NCBI GenBank assembly: GCA_964480125.1
Contig: CAYZNV010000003.1
Span: 3,201-67,200, forward strand
Reading direction: 5' to 3'
DNA length: 64,000 nucleotides
From: an uncultured archaeon
GTDB lineage: Archaea > Iainarchaeota > Iainarchaeia > Iainarchaeales > VGJJ01
Positions within the stretch are counted from its first letter, which is position 1; every line of letters begins with the position of its first letter. This document shows positions 1 through 10,284 of the stretch, piece by piece. Made by a program: the position numbers and the translations under genes. The notes under the pieces are model-generated. The model was not told the origin of the DNA and made no database searches. It saw nothing but the letters and a program-made list of their open reading frames with translations.

Positions 1-53
1 ATCCCACGTGCGTGTGAGCCTATCCCAAAACCGAACCCCAGGTGATCCCCTGA

Positions 54-962
54 ATGTCTAACCTTGTTTGTCCCGAGTGCGGAAGCACTAAAGTAAGAAA
101 GGACTCCGAAAAAGGAGAAGTTGTCTGCCAGCAGTGCGGCCTAATTGTTTCTGAAGATGAAATGGATTTTGGAAAGGAATGGAGAACCTTCGACGGAGAC
201 GGATTCGAAGATTCTGCTCGTACTGGTTCCCCCATGAAGTATGTCAAGTTGAATAAGGGACTTGTCACCATGATTGACCGCCGCGGATCTGACTCGCGCG
301 GAAACAAACTCTCAAGCAAATCCAAAGCCCAAATGTATCGCCTCATCAAGTGGCACAAAAGAGCGTCAATTTCCTCATCCATGCAGCGTAATTTGAGCAT
401 TGCATTGACGGAACTACGCCGCGTTGCATCCTACCTCAACATCCCCGAGCAGCTGGTGGAAGCAGCCGCATTGCTTTACCGAAAGACTGTAAAGAAAGGC
501 TTGATTCGCGGACGCTTAATCGAAGCCGTTGTTGCTGCAGTATTGTACACGGTCTGTAGAACCTACCAAGTTCCACGCACGCTCAACGAAATGGCCGAAG
601 CCAGTGGTTTGACCAAGAAAGAAATTGGCCGAACCTATCGCTTCCTCGTGAGAGAACTGAAGTTGGAAGTTCCACTGACCAACCCCATCCACTACATTCC
701 TCGCTTTGCTTCCGAGCTCAATTTGAGCGGAGAAGTCCAAGAAGAAGGAAGAAAGATCCTCGAGGATGCCATTGGAAAAGGACTCATCTCCGGAAGAGGC
801 CCTACGGGCGTTGCAGCCGCCGCTGTTTACATTGCGGGTTTGCTGAAAGGCGAGCGCCGAACGCAGAAAGAAGTGGCGAATGTGGCAGGAGTGACCGAAG
901 TTACGATCCGCAATCGCTACCGCGAATTGAAGAAACGCTTGGATATTGAAGTCAGCGCATAA
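54..962 (+). CDS. tfb: Transcription initiation factor IIB (TFB)
   Basis: N-terminal Zn ribbon CPECG..CQQCG, EWRTF B-reader, two cyclin repeats, C-terminal VTEVTIRNRYREL. Confidence 0.97.
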   Translation: MSNLVCPECGSTKVRKDSEKGEVVCQQCGLIVSEDEMDFGKEWRTFDGDGFEDSARTGSPMKYVKLNKGLVTMIDRRGSDSRGNKLSSKSKAQMYRLIKWHKRASISSSMQRNLSIALTELRRVASYLNIPEQLVEAAALLYRKTVKKGLIRGRLIEAVVAAVLYTVCRTYQVPRTLNEMAEASGLTKKEIGRTYRFLVRELKLEVPLTNPIHYIPRFASELNLSGEVQEEGRKILEDAIGKGLISGRGPTGVAAAAVYIAGLLKGERRTQKEVANVAGVTEVTIRNRYRELKKRLDIEVSA

Positions 963-1502
963 TCAGCGCTTGCTTTTCTTCTTTTTATATTTTTTACTAC
1001 GCTCAATTATTTTTTTGCGTAATTCAATTAACTCTGGACGAACTTTTTCTTTTCGCGAGAATGGAATCGCATTAGCTCTTTTAATGATTTGTTGTAAATG
1101 ATTTGCAGATATCTTTCCTTCGTTATGAAGTCGTTGAGCTTCACTTATGTATTCATCCTTCGTTGTTCTGCGTTCAGCCATTTTATTATAGGCACTCTCT
1201 CTAAAATTGCCAGTGAATAGAGAATTGCCATCAAATGGTTCTTTTCCTAGTTGTCTGAAAATACTTTCTTTTACGGGTGGAAACCAACCTTTTTTATCTG
1301 GCATCCTTTGTGCATTTTGCAATCGCGGATTAGGTTCTAGCCGCAGCATCCTGGATTGATATAATGCATTAATTGCATCAGTGGTTTGAAGATGTCTTTT
1401 CTCCAGTTCACGCTTTTCATTCTGCATTCGGGTTTTAATTCTTTCAGTTAATTCAGATCTCTTTCTTTCAAGCTGCTTAGGCGTTAATCGTTTTGCAGGC
1501 AC
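963..1502 (-). CDS. Basic orphan protein (MPAKRLTPKQLERKR...)
   Basis: Part of track ORF 963..1688; GTG at 1502 preferred because TTTATA lies about 21-26 nt upstream and the longer start overlaps the next gene. Confidence 0.7.
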   Translation of the reverse strand: MPAKRLTPKQLERKRSELTERIKTRMQNEKRELEKRHLQTTDAINALYQSRMLRLEPNPRLQNAQRMPDKKGWFPPVKESIFRQLGKEPFDGNSLFTGNFRESAYNKMAERRTTKDEYISEAQRLHNEGKISANHLQQIIKRANAIPFSRKEKVRPELIELRKKIIERSKKYKKKKSKR

Positions 1503-1618
1503 ACACAGAGAATTCAATGTAGCTATAAATACTTTCCGGTTAACAGAATTACAATAATTTGTCTCGCCAACCAAAAGAGTTCCAACGCAAGGAGGACTTG
1601 AATTCTTATTTTTTCTTT

Positions 1619-2218
1619 TCAATATTTTCCTTCTAATATTTTTTTTGTGTCTAATCGAAAGTGGCGTGGTAATAATGGAATGTTCCAATTAGTACCCACT
1701 AGCGCGCCGGTTTTATCTACGTAGATATACTTCCACTGCTTCAAGAAAGTAGCTATCTCCCCATATTCCGCTGCGCCTCGGTGCAATACACGTGCAAGTT
1801 TATGATGCGCATGGATAATCTTGCTCTTGTAAGCCTGTGCGTTCTTCAACCAATACGCAGAACCAATAAGCGCAGCAAAGCCAGCCATGATGGTAAGCCC
1901 CTCGCGTAAGGATGAATTTCTCAGGAGCTGCCCTCCCAATATCAACCCGAACGCCCACTTGGGACTCATTTTCCATTCACGCATAATAGCTTTCTTGCGT
2001 TTCAAGCGCAATCGCGACAGCCGCTTGACGGCATTCAATGTACTCGCTTCATTTTGTTCAAATTCTCCTAGCGGGGTCGCGATGGTAGAAGTATATACTT
2101 TCAAAATTGCCGCACGCTTGGGCATCTTTGAAGGCTTATTCCCAATTTGAAAAAAACCCCATTTCCATCTTCTTCGTTTGAGGGGATTTCTTCCATTAGG
2201 AAAAGAGATGAAGAACAT
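1619..2218 (-). CDS. Basic orphan protein with a central hydrophobic segment
   Basis: 199 aa ORF, TATA-like TTATATA just upstream, KRRRWK near the N-terminus. Confidence 0.65.
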   Translation of the reverse strand: MFFISFPNGRNPLKRRRWKWGFFQIGNKPSKMPKRAAILKVYTSTIATPLGEFEQNEASTLNAVKRLSRLRLKRKKAIMREWKMSPKWAFGLILGGQLLRNSSLREGLTIMAGFAALIGSAYWLKNAQAYKSKIIHAHHKLARVLHRGAAEYGEIATFLKQWKYIYVDKTGALVGTNWNIPLLPRHFRLDTKKILEGKY

Positions 2219-2273
2219 AGATGAAAAACTATCAGGAAGTATATAATTACAATTACTGATGCAAAATGACCAT

Positions 2274-4004
2274 TTACAACCATTCCTTTCCCACGTGATG
2301 GGTTTCGCGTTCTTCTAATAGGCGTTCTTTCAGCCTCACCATGTCCACGGGACGCATGGGCTTGCCTTTCTCGAGGAAATGCTCCACATTCTCAGTAAAG
2401 ACGTGCCCTCCAATGATTTCACTCAACACCACATAGTCTGCCCCCGCTTTGTAGAGGTCCCAGGCATCCTCGTAATAGCTGGCCTTCACAAAAACAGGCA
2501 CTTTGGGATAGTTGCGCTTGAGATAATTCAACACAAACTTTGCCTCTTCTTCATCGGGCATCGTGCACACCACTAGGCGCGCTTTCTCCACGTGCAAGTG
2601 ATCCAATATCTCCGTATTATGCGCATTCCCAAATACCCCCATCATCCCTTTCTTGCGGAAGAACTCCACTACATTGGGATCGTGATCCACTACTACAATA
2701 GGAAACTCGCGCGAAAGATTCATCGCCATGTGCTTACCCGTCCTTCCTCCCCCAAGAATGATAATGTGATGATGCAATCTTTTTTCCGAGACATGCTGCA
2801 ATGCTTTCATCTTGCGAGAAAATAACTCATAGTTGGAAAAGAACTTCAACTTTGATGCGCGCTTCAAATCCTCCACCAGGCGCGGACCGTGCTCCATGAT
2901 GTATGGGGTCACGGCCATCGAAAAAGCAGCCAAGAGAATCGTAAACGAATACTCGGCCTGTGGGATTACAGCCGAATTCTTTCCCTGCACCAACAGAATC
3001 AAAGAAAACTCGGACATCTGCAATAAACCAAATGCCACTTTTGAAGCAGTCTGCGTTCCATATCCCGCCACTTGTGTAATCACATAGAATACAAGAGGCT
3101 TGAGAATGAACAACAACGCAACAATGGAAACCGCATACGAAAGAGGAACCGCTCCCACATTGAAATCAAGCTGGGTCCCGAGTGCAACAAAGAATAACAT
3201 CACAAAGAAATCACGCAGCCCACGCATCGAGCTGGCGGCTTCCACGTTGTAAGGGAGACGCGCAATGGCCAATCCCCCCAAGAAAGCCCCAATCGCCAGG
3301 GAGAGCTGTAAGAAATACGCCAATCCAATAAAGGCAAAGCACGTCGCAAGCGCGGTGAGGTATAACAACTCACTACTATGCGCCGCACTCGCATACAAGC
3401 GAGGAAAGGCCATTTTAGAGAGAAGCACGAGCGCACCAATCAACACAATTCCCTTCAGCGCAAGCAACTCAAAATAACCAATATTCAATGAGCTCACGTC
3501 CGCGGCGAGCAGGGGCAGCGCCAGGATGACAGCCAAATCTTGCACCAACAAAAAACCCAAAATCAATTGCCCGTGCAGAGAAGAAAGCATTTTCTTGTCT
3601 TGGAGCAATTTCACCACGAGCATGGTAGAAGAAAGCGCCACCGCAAGACCCACATACATACCCGCTTGTAATCCAAGCGAAGGAAGGACAAATAACACAA
3701 TCAAAATCGTCAACAAAATCTGAGCAAAACCTCCAATCAAGAGCGTTGGACCAGATTTCAAAAACTTCAATAAATCGGTTTCTGCTCCCACCGTAAAAAG
3801 GAGAAAAATAATTCCTAGTTCAGAAACAAGCGCAATTTCTTCTGGGGAATTAATGAGCTTCAACCCAGCCGGGCCCACAATAATCCCCGCGAGCAAATAA
3901 CCCAAGAGCGCGGGTTGCTTGAACCAGCGCGCGATGAATAGCGAAAAGGCCGCCGCCACAATCATGAAGCCCAACGTCAACAAAATAGAGAGTTCGGCCG
4001 CCAT
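2274..4004 (-). CDS. Cation:proton antiporter (CPA2/Kef-type) with C-terminal TrkA-N domain
   Basis: Many TM segments, ALSST and QD motifs, GGGRTG Rossmann-like C-terminal domain. Confidence 0.92.
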   Translation of the reverse strand: MAAELSILLTLGFMIVAAAFSLFIARWFKQPALLGYLLAGIIVGPAGLKLINSPEEIALVSELGIIFLLFTVGAETDLLKFLKSGPTLLIGGFAQILLTILIVLFVLPSLGLQAGMYVGLAVALSSTMLVVKLLQDKKMLSSLHGQLILGFLLVQDLAVILALPLLAADVSSLNIGYFELLALKGIVLIGALVLLSKMAFPRLYASAAHSSELLYLTALATCFAFIGLAYFLQLSLAIGAFLGGLAIARLPYNVEAASSMRGLRDFFVMLFFVALGTQLDFNVGAVPLSYAVSIVALLFILKPLVFYVITQVAGYGTQTASKVAFGLLQMSEFSLILLVQGKNSAVIPQAEYSFTILLAAFSMAVTPYIMEHGPRLVEDLKRASKLKFFSNYELFSRKMKALQHVSEKRLHHHIIILGGGRTGKHMAMNLSREFPIVVVDHDPNVVEFFRKKGMMGVFGNAHNTEILDHLHVEKARLVVCTMPDEEEAKFVLNYLKRNYPKVPVFVKASYYEDAWDLYKAGADYVVLSEIIGGHVFTENVEHFLEKGKPMRPVDMVRLKERLLEERETHHVGKEWL

Positions 4005-4057
4005 GAGAGAAAGAAAAAAGTTGAGATTATAAATGAAAAGGAATTATGTTGCAGTCG

Positions 4058-5488
4058 TTACTTTTTCTCCTTCAACTCAAATCCTTCTTTGGTATCCAGG
4101 ATCGTAAAACCTTCTTTCTCTATTTGCGCGCGCAATGCATCGCTTTGCGCCCAATCCTTTTTGGCGCGGGCTTCTTCGCGCTGCTGCGCGAGCTGCAATA
4201 CATGCGCAGGGACAATGGCATCGTCTTGCGAAAAATCAAATACTCCCAATATTTCATCCACTTCTTTCAGGAATTCCAAAATCTTACGCGTGTCGGCTTT
4301 GCTTAATTTTTGTTGGTCCATGAGGCCATTCACGCGACGCTGGAACATGGAGAGTTCCCCTAGCGCTTCTGCGGTATTGATGTCGTCATCGAACGCGGCG
4401 TTGACCTTTTCATTCGTCTGCTCAACGAGACCATTGATTTCGTTATTGGAATGTGACCCGGAGTATTTCTGCAGGCGTTGAATGAAGTCATTCCACTTTT
4501 CGAGCGTGGTCTGTGCGGCACGGATGCTTTCCCATGTGAAATTGAGCTCGGAACGATAGTGCGTCGTCAGCAAAAGAAAGCGATACGCCAATGGTTTGAG
4601 GTGGTGATTTTCAATATCCCGGACGAGAAAGACATTCTTCAGGGACTTGGACATCTTCTGATTGTCCACGCGCATGAATGCGGAGTGCAACCAATAGTCC
4701 GCAAACTTCTTTCCCGTTGCTGCCTCGCTTTGCGCGATCTCGTTGGGATGATGAATGTTGATGTGATCATTTCCCCCCGTATGAATGTCAAAGTGCTCCC
4801 CCAAGTATTTCATGCTCATCGCCGAACACTCAATGTGCCAGCCCGGATATCCTCTTCCCCAGGGAGAATCCCATTGCTGCAAGTGATGGGGCTGATTTAA
4901 TTGCCATAAACGAAAATCTGCCGGATGCTTTTTGGCATCATCGCGCTCGACATTTTGTCGCACGGCCTTGAGTTCATCCATATTTAGGTTGGCCATCTTT
5001 CCATAGCTTGGGAATTTCTGTGTATCGAAATACACGCCAGAAGGAGTAGTGTAGGTATACCCTTTTTTTTCGAGTTTTTGGATAAGCACAATCATTTCCT
5101 GCACATGCTGGCGCGCCCGCACGAGATGATGGGGTAATTGGATGCGTAGCTTTTCGAGATCATACACAAACGCATCCGTGTAGAAATCCGCAATCTCATC
5201 GGGGCTTTTTTTCTGCTCGCGCGCGGCTTTTTCTATTTTATCCTCTCCCGAGTCATCATCGCTCACGAGGTGCCCTACATCCGTGATGTTCATGACGTGC
5301 GTGAGCTTGTATTTTCTTTTTTCGAGAAGGCGACGCAATACATCCCATGCCACGTACGGGCGCAGATTCCCGATGTGTGCGAAATAATATACGGTGGGAC
5401 CGCAGCAATACATCCCCACTTTCTGCCCGGGCTCTTTATGGAAGAGTTCCTTGGAGCGGGAAAGCGTGTTGTATAATTGGATGACCAT
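4058..5488 (-). CDS. cysS: Cysteine--tRNA ligase
   Basis: [23 protein letters not shown] motifs. Confidence 0.98.
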   Translation of the reverse strand: MVIQLYNTLSRSKELFHKEPGQKVGMYCCGPTVYYFAHIGNLRPYVAWDVLRRLLEKRKYKLTHVMNITDVGHLVSDDDSGEDKIEKAAREQKKSPDEIADFYTDAFVYDLEKLRIQLPHHLVRARQHVQEMIVLIQKLEKKGYTYTTPSGVYFDTQKFPSYGKMANLNMDELKAVRQNVERDDAKKHPADFRLWQLNQPHHLQQWDSPWGRGYPGWHIECSAMSMKYLGEHFDIHTGGNDHINIHHPNEIAQSEAATGKKFADYWLHSAFMRVDNQKMSKSLKNVFLVRDIENHHLKPLAYRFLLLTTHYRSELNFTWESIRAAQTTLEKWNDFIQRLQKYSGSHSNNEINGLVEQTNEKVNAAFDDDINTAEALGELSMFQRRVNGLMDQQKLSKADTRKILEFLKEVDEILGVFDFSQDDAIVPAHVLQLAQQREEARAKKDWAQSDALRAQIEKEGFTILDTKEGFELKEKK

Positions 5489-5544
5489 ATACCCCTCAAC
5501 TGGGGCGAAAAAGCAATTAAAGGAATGCGCGTTTTAGCTGAAAA

Positions 5545-6192
5545 TTATGCCCCTACGAGCGAAGCAAAGAAGCCCGTGAGCGAGCTGACGATGAAGGAAT
5601 AGAGGAGCATGACAACAATGCTCCAGAACACGCTGGCCTTGAGATAGGTGCTAATGGAGAGGTAGAGCGCATAAATGGAATACAAAACCAGCACCACAAA
5701 AAGCAAAAAGAAAATCAGCGTGATGAGAATGGTAACATCCGATATGTTCGAAAGAAATTCATTCATGACCAATTCAAATTCCTGCGGACCAATTGTTCCA
5801 TTCTCTAACTCTTGAAAGCTTGCCGGGAGTTGGGGCGCAAGAACGAATGGAAAAATAAACCCAATCAATACCAGCATCAAAAAAGAATAGAAACTCAAAC
5901 TTGCGAGCATGGAAAGAGCTTGCACGAACGTGTGAGAATTGGGTTGGATGCGCTTGAAAATCATCCCAAGGACAAATAACAAAACAGCCCCGCTCACGAG
6001 GCGAACCACATCCCCTAAGAGATTTACGAGCAAGGACTGCACGTCCAGTTGTCCTACTAATACGATCATCATCAGCGTCGCGAAGAGAGTGGCGAGAATG
6101 GCCAACCCAAACGCACGAACGGCCGAAGGCTGCTCAAACGCATGAAAAATGGCCTGCTTGGGCCGGAAGAGCAAATCCGAATAATAGGACAT
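5545..6192 (-). CDS. Yip1-like multi-pass membrane protein
   Basis: LLFRPKQAI start and about five TM helices; ATG 6192 has TTTATATA about 25 nt upstream. Confidence 0.65.
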   Translation of the reverse strand: MSYYSDLLFRPKQAIFHAFEQPSAVRAFGLAILATLFATLMMIVLVGQLDVQSLLVNLLGDVVRLVSGAVLLFVLGMIFKRIQPNSHTFVQALSMLASLSFYSFLMLVLIGFIFPFVLAPQLPASFQELENGTIGPQEFELVMNEFLSNISDVTILITLIFFLLFVVLVLYSIYALYLSISTYLKASVFWSIVVMLLYSFIVSSLTGFFASLVGA

Positions 6193-6226
6193 ACCGCTCA
6201 AACTCAAAATTGGAGACTATATAAAC

Positions 6227-6258
6227 GGGTGCCCGTGCCCAGCCTTCATAGGCACCCA
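6227..6258 (-). repeat. Partial copy (hairpin B only) of the dispersed element, after the tyrS stop
   Basis: Minus strand TGGGTGCC...GGCACCC immediately after TAG. Confidence 0.45.
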
Positions 6259-6260
6259 AG

Positions 6261-7394
6261 CTAGCGCGTGACCTTGAGGGCTTCAAATTCTTCTTTCAAT
6301 TTTAGGATTTTGGGATGCTCTAAGTGCTTGCGCGCGGGAGCGAGGATATCCGCAAGCGTTTGTCCTACGCCTGCTTTCAAATCCATGGGATGCAATTTCC
6401 CATGCGCAAAATCGGCTTCGAGTTCCTTGTAATTGGAATAGGAAACGTTTCCCCCGAACTTTTCCGGGCGAGAAATTTGAATTTCTTTGGTGAAAGGAAA
6501 CACTAAGTGCTGCGCCCAATCCAGCACCGGATTATATCCAATTTCTTTTTCCATGCAAAACGCATGGTTGATTTTTTTCTTCACTTCGGTTTCAGAATCA
6601 CCCAAAAACACCGCGCTCCCTGCGACGGACTTTGACATCTTCATCGCAGCACGCACCTCGCTTAAATTTTCTTGGGGAATCGGCCACACTGGGGGCTTTT
6701 GCAATCCAGAGACTAAGTGATGATGCACCGCAATGGGCGTAATGGCTTTACCCTGGTGCTTAATCCCATGGTATTGCAACTTTTCCGCGACTTCTCTCGC
6801 AACTACATGCGCCTTACGTTGGTCCATTCCCGCGTGTGCAATAGTGAGTTGCTGGAAATAAATGTCCGCAACTTGCATCGCAGGATACAACAACTTGGCA
6901 AAATCCAAACTCTCGCCTTCTTTCCTTCCAAGAATAGTAATCGAACGCTGCATGCGCGCAAGCGTAGTATGCTTCGCCACATCCACGACGGTTTCCCAAT
7001 ACCCATCTTGCTGGTGGTATAACTCGCTCCCCAGCACAAAGCGGATTTTTTCCTCATCCACTCCCACTACTTTTGCGGCCGCCGAAAAACATTCTTTGAA
7101 ATAACCCTTTCCCACGCGCTGAATGGCCTGCTTGTCCCCGCCAAGTTTGTCATTGATCCACGCATGCCAGTCCGCCAAAAAAATAGAACAATCCGCTCCA
7201 GCTTCCATGAAATGCTTCATGTGATAGAGGGACTTGATGGCTGCGCCAATGTGGGGCGTGCCCGAAATCTCAAACCCAATGTAATGTTTTAATGGAACGC
7301 CGGTTTCAATGGCATGCTTCAATGAGTCAGAGGTGAGAATCTCCTCAAGCCCCGTGGAAAAATGCTCCATGCGCGAATGTGTGTCCATAGGCAT
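6261..7394 (-). CDS. tyrS: Tyrosine--tRNA ligase (archaeal type)
   Basis: YIGFEISG, HIGA, YPAMQVAD, GMDQRK, KMSKS, LHPMDLK; start uncertain (7388-7397). Confidence 0.96.
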   Translation of the reverse strand: MPMDTHSRMEHFSTGLEEILTSDSLKHAIETGVPLKHYIGFEISGTPHIGAAIKSLYHMKHFMEAGADCSIFLADWHAWINDKLGGDKQAIQRVGKGYFKECFSAAAKVVGVDEEKIRFVLGSELYHQQDGYWETVVDVAKHTTLARMQRSITILGRKEGESLDFAKLLYPAMQVADIYFQQLTIAHAGMDQRKAHVVAREVAEKLQYHGIKHQGKAITPIAVHHHLVSGLQKPPVWPIPQENLSEVRAAMKMSKSVAGSAVFLGDSETEVKKKINHAFCMEKEIGYNPVLDWAQHLVFPFTKEIQISRPEKFGGNVSYSNYKELEADFAHGKLHPMDLKAGVGQTLADILAPARKHLEHPKILKLKEEFEALKVTR

Positions 7395-7472
7395 CATGTA
7401 GAAAAGCAAAGATAAAAAGAGAAGGGTGCAAGCACGCCTGCCACCCTGAAGAGAAAATGAAAGGGAAAACGA

Positions 7473-7649
7473 CTAGAAGTCGTCTCCGCCATCGCCATCG
7501 GAATCATCCGAAAAATCATCATCTCCGTCTTCGCCTTCTTCATCTTCAAAGTCAAATTCTTCATCGTCCGAGTCGCCTTCTTCGAAGTCGCCGCCGTCTC
7601 CGTCATCGCCGTCAATCGTAAAGCGTTCCAGGTAGTCAATTGCTTGCAT
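7473..7649 (-). CDS. Small, extremely acidic protein (58 aa)
   Basis: AGGAG before ATG 7649, TTTATAAA upstream, downstream hairpin plus pyrimidine tract; about half of residues D/E. Confidence 0.7.
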   Translation of the reverse strand: MQAIDYLERFTIDGDDGDGGDFEEGDSDDEEFDFEDEEGEDGDDDFSDDSDGDGGDDF

Positions 7650-7758
7650 ATAATCCACACTCCTGCGGAAAAAGTATTACTCTTAGTCCCCCAACCATTT
7701 ATAAAGATTCTATCGAGGGGGGCAAAATACATCCCAAAGAAAAAGGATTAATGTAGCA

Positions 7759-7867
7759 GGCCAGTTTCGGCTGGCCACAGCGAGAACAGGTGACCGCTTC
7801 GCGGCACCTGATTGTACCAATTTCTGGCTGGCCACAGCGAGAAAGGGTATCGCTAGCGCGACACCCA
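7759..7867 (+). repeat. Two tandem copies of the dispersed two-hairpin element
   Basis: GGCCAGT-TTCG-GCTGGCC ACAG CGAGAA CAGGTG..CACCTG, then a second copy sharing GGCTGGCCACAGCGAGAA followed by GGGTATCGC..GCGACACCC. Confidence 0.9.
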
Positions 7868-7886
7868 ATATGATTGTTTTTTACTC

Positions 7887-8183
7887 CTACAAAATGTGTA
7901 ATGTGCCGAATTTACCCGTGCTAAGCTGTAATTGCCCTTTATACTCGGAAACCCAGCCGTTTTCAATGCGGATTTTTGTGCCTTCATTGACTTGGTCAAT
8001 CTGTTCATTCCAGAGAGACACTTGGACTTCGCCCGTTTCGTCTTTTCCCGCAACATTGCATACTTTTCCCTGCCCCTTGGCGGAAGCAAATTCGCGAGGT
8101 TCACCCTTGGAAACCACCTCAAGCTCAATAAAGACATTCCCCATGCGAGGTTTCAATTGTTTGACTTTCATTAATTCGGCCAT
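7887..8183 (-). CDS. Single OB-fold ssDNA-binding protein (archaeal SSB/RPA-like)
   Basis: DETGEVQVSLWNEQ and IENGWVSEYKGQLQLSTGKFG typical of archaeal SSB OB folds. Confidence 0.88.
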   Translation of the reverse strand: MAELMKVKQLKPRMGNVFIELEVVSKGEPREFASAKGQGKVCNVAGKDETGEVQVSLWNEQIDQVNEGTKIRIENGWVSEYKGQLQLSTGKFGTLHIL

Positions 8184-8358
8184 ACTAACCAACTCCATCC
8201 TGAAAAGCGGCAAACCTAGGTCTACACACCCTACGTTAGCAGTATTTCCTCTCCCCTCATTAAAAAAACCAATCTGTAATTTTGCACAAGAACGACCGGT
8301 TTTAAAGCAAAATGTCTCTTTGTTGGAGCGTATTATCCCATTCTAGGAGGAACATTAC

Positions 8359-8886
8359 ATGACATTAGTTGGACAAAAAGCCCCCGAATTCAATAGCATG
8401 GCCTATCACGATGGAAAATTCAAAAAAGTGAGCCTGAAAGACTACAAAGGAAAGTGGGTCGTGTTATTCTTCTATCCACTAGACTTCACGTTCGTCTGCC
8501 CCACCGAAATAAAGGGATTCGCCCGCAGCGAAGGAGAATTCAAGAAACTCAACGCAGCCATTGTGGGCGCGAGCACGGACTCGGAACACTCCCACAAAGC
8601 ATGGATCGAACGCGATATGCCTGAAATTAAATTCCCCATTCTCGCGGACACCAATCACCACGTCGCACGCTCTTTTGGAGTATTGAAAGAAGACCAAGGA
8701 ATCGCGTACCGAGGAACATTCATCATCGACCCCGAAGGATTCATCCGCTTCGAAACAGTAACAGACTTGGACGTGGGACGCAGCGTCAAAGAAACACTAC
8801 GCGTATTACAAGCATTCCAAACCGGAGGACTATGCGAAGTCGACTGGGCACCCGGCATGGAAAATTTGAATAAGAAGAAAAAGTAA
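8359..8886 (+). CDS. ahpC: Peroxiredoxin (AhpC type)
   Basis: FYPLDFTFVCPTE, GRSVKETLR, resolving Cys in GLCEVDW. Confidence 0.95.
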   Translation: MTLVGQKAPEFNSMAYHDGKFKKVSLKDYKGKWVVLFFYPLDFTFVCPTEIKGFARSEGEFKKLNAAIVGASTDSEHSHKAWIERDMPEIKFPILADTNHHVARSFGVLKEDQGIAYRGTFIIDPEGFIRFETVTDLDVGRSVKETLRVLQAFQTGGLCEVDWAPGMENLNKKKK

Positions 8887-8888
8887 TT

Positions 8889-8941
8889 GTCCAGTTTCGA
8901 TTGGACCAACCGAGCACAGGTGACCGCTATCGCGGCACCTG
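8889..8941 (+). repeat. Dispersed two-hairpin element after the peroxiredoxin stop
   Basis: GTCCAGT-TTCG-ATTGGAC CAAC CGAGCA CAGGTGACCGC..GCGGCACCTG. Confidence 0.9.
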
Positions 8942-8955
8942 ATTTTTTCTATTTA

Positions 8956-9345
8956 TCATTTTTCTCTCCCATACTTATCCTCAAAGCGCACAATATCATT
9001 CTCATCAAATTCCCCAAATGCAATCTCCAATACGCGCGCATGCTTAGAAGCGCTTAGTCTATGTTTGGTTTCGCGTGGCACGAACAATGTTTCCCCCACT
9101 TTGAGGAAATGCTTTTCTCCCGCGGCCTCGGCAATAATGCCTTCATCCAATGCAATCCATAACTCATCTCTGTGATGATGCAATTGCAAACTCAAAATTT
9201 CCCCGCTCTTAATCGCAATAATCTTCACGGTCGAAAGCTGATTGTGCGTGTACTGAGTAAAACTTCCCCAGGGACGCGACTCGAAATAGATTCTGGAAAT
9301 GGGATTAACCGCGGAATTCTGCACCAAAACATCACCAATCCCCAT
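8956..9345 (-). CDS. Mannose-6-phosphate isomerase type II-like cupin
   Basis: RPWG, LSLQLHHHRDELW, KHRL, EIAFG..DIVRFEDKYGR; start may be GTG 9324. Confidence 0.88.
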   Translation of the reverse strand: MGIGDVLVQNSAVNPISRIYFESRPWGSFTQYTHNQLSTVKIIAIKSGEILSLQLHHHRDELWIALDEGIIAEAAGEKHFLKVGETLFVPRETKHRLSASKHARVLEIAFGEFDENDIVRFEDKYGREK

Positions 9346-9435
9346 CCGTGCCCGAAAGGATAAATAATTTCTGGTGGATTGCTCGATGCATCCAAAAAAA
9401 TCCATTTTTAAAGCCGACCCAATTCCTTTCGACGT

Positions 9436-10284
9436 ATGCTCGCATTCATCCTGCGCCCATTCGTCTCACGCTTCATTGCGGGAGAGAATATGGAAGAGGC
9501 ATTCCGCTATGCCAAGACCCTGCACGCCAGGAAGGTAACGCCTATCTTCGATGCACTTGGGGAGCACGCCCAAAAGAAAGCCGAAATCGTACGCGTAATG
9601 GGACAATACCTGGAATTGCTCGAGAAAATGAGCACGGGAAACGTGAAAGGAGCCATTGCGGTCAAGCTCACTGCGCTCGGAATGGACATTGATCCGCTCT
9701 TATGTTATCGCGCGACTCTGCGCATTGTGCAGCGAGCAGAGGATATGAATTGTATTGTGTGGTTGGACATGGAGAATTCCCCCTACACCACGCGCACACT
9801 ATCCATGTACAACAAACTACGCCAACAGCACGCGAATGTGGGAATATGCATCCAAGCATGCCTGAAGCGATCCAAGAAAGACGTGCTCGCACTATTATTG
9901 GATTCTCCCCGCATTCGATTGGTAAAAGGAGCGTATGGGGAATCAAAAGAAATCGCATTCCAATCCCATGAAGAAATTAGGAAAAACTACAAAGCGCTCG
10001 CACACTTGTGCGCAGAAAAACATGCTCCACTTGCCATTGCCACTCACGATCCCGTGCTATTGCGCCATGCCATGGAATTACGCGTGCCCAAAAATATGAT
10101 TGAATTCCAATTATTGAAAGGCGTGCGTGGAGACGAAGAAAGAATGCTCGTGGAAAATGGATTCAGCGTGAAAGAATATTGTGCCTTTGGGACGGAGTGG
10201 CAGCCCTATGTCATACGGCGCATCCAAGAATATTTGAGAAATATAAAATGGTTTTTACACGACCTTTTTGGCTCGAGTGGGTAA
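9436..10284 (+). CDS. Monofunctional proline dehydrogenase
   Basis: RFIAGE, VKLTALG, LDMENS, IRLVKGAY, IATHD, YVIRRIQE. Confidence 0.93.
   Translation: MLAFILRPFVSRFIAGENMEEAFRYAKTLHARKVTPIFDALGEHAQKKAEIVRVMGQYLELLEKMSTGNVKGAIAVKLTALGMDIDPLLCYRATLRIVQRAEDMNCIVWLDMENSPYTTRTLSMYNKLRQQHANVGICIQACLKRSKKDVLALLLDSPRIRLVKGAYGESKEIAFQSHEEIRKNYKALAHLCAEKHAPLAIATHDPVLLRHAMELRVPKNMIEFQLLKGVRGDEERMLVENGFSVKEYCAFGTEWQPYVIRRIQEYLRNIKWFLHDLFGSSG

Noticed and set aside
1503..1688. Longer start of ORF 963..1688
   Set aside because: Overlaps the neighbouring gene and spans the TATA box of the GTG start
7759..7867. Mini CRISPR array
   Set aside because: Only two units, the intervening sequences are themselves related hairpins, no cas genes, and the unit is dispersed elsewhere
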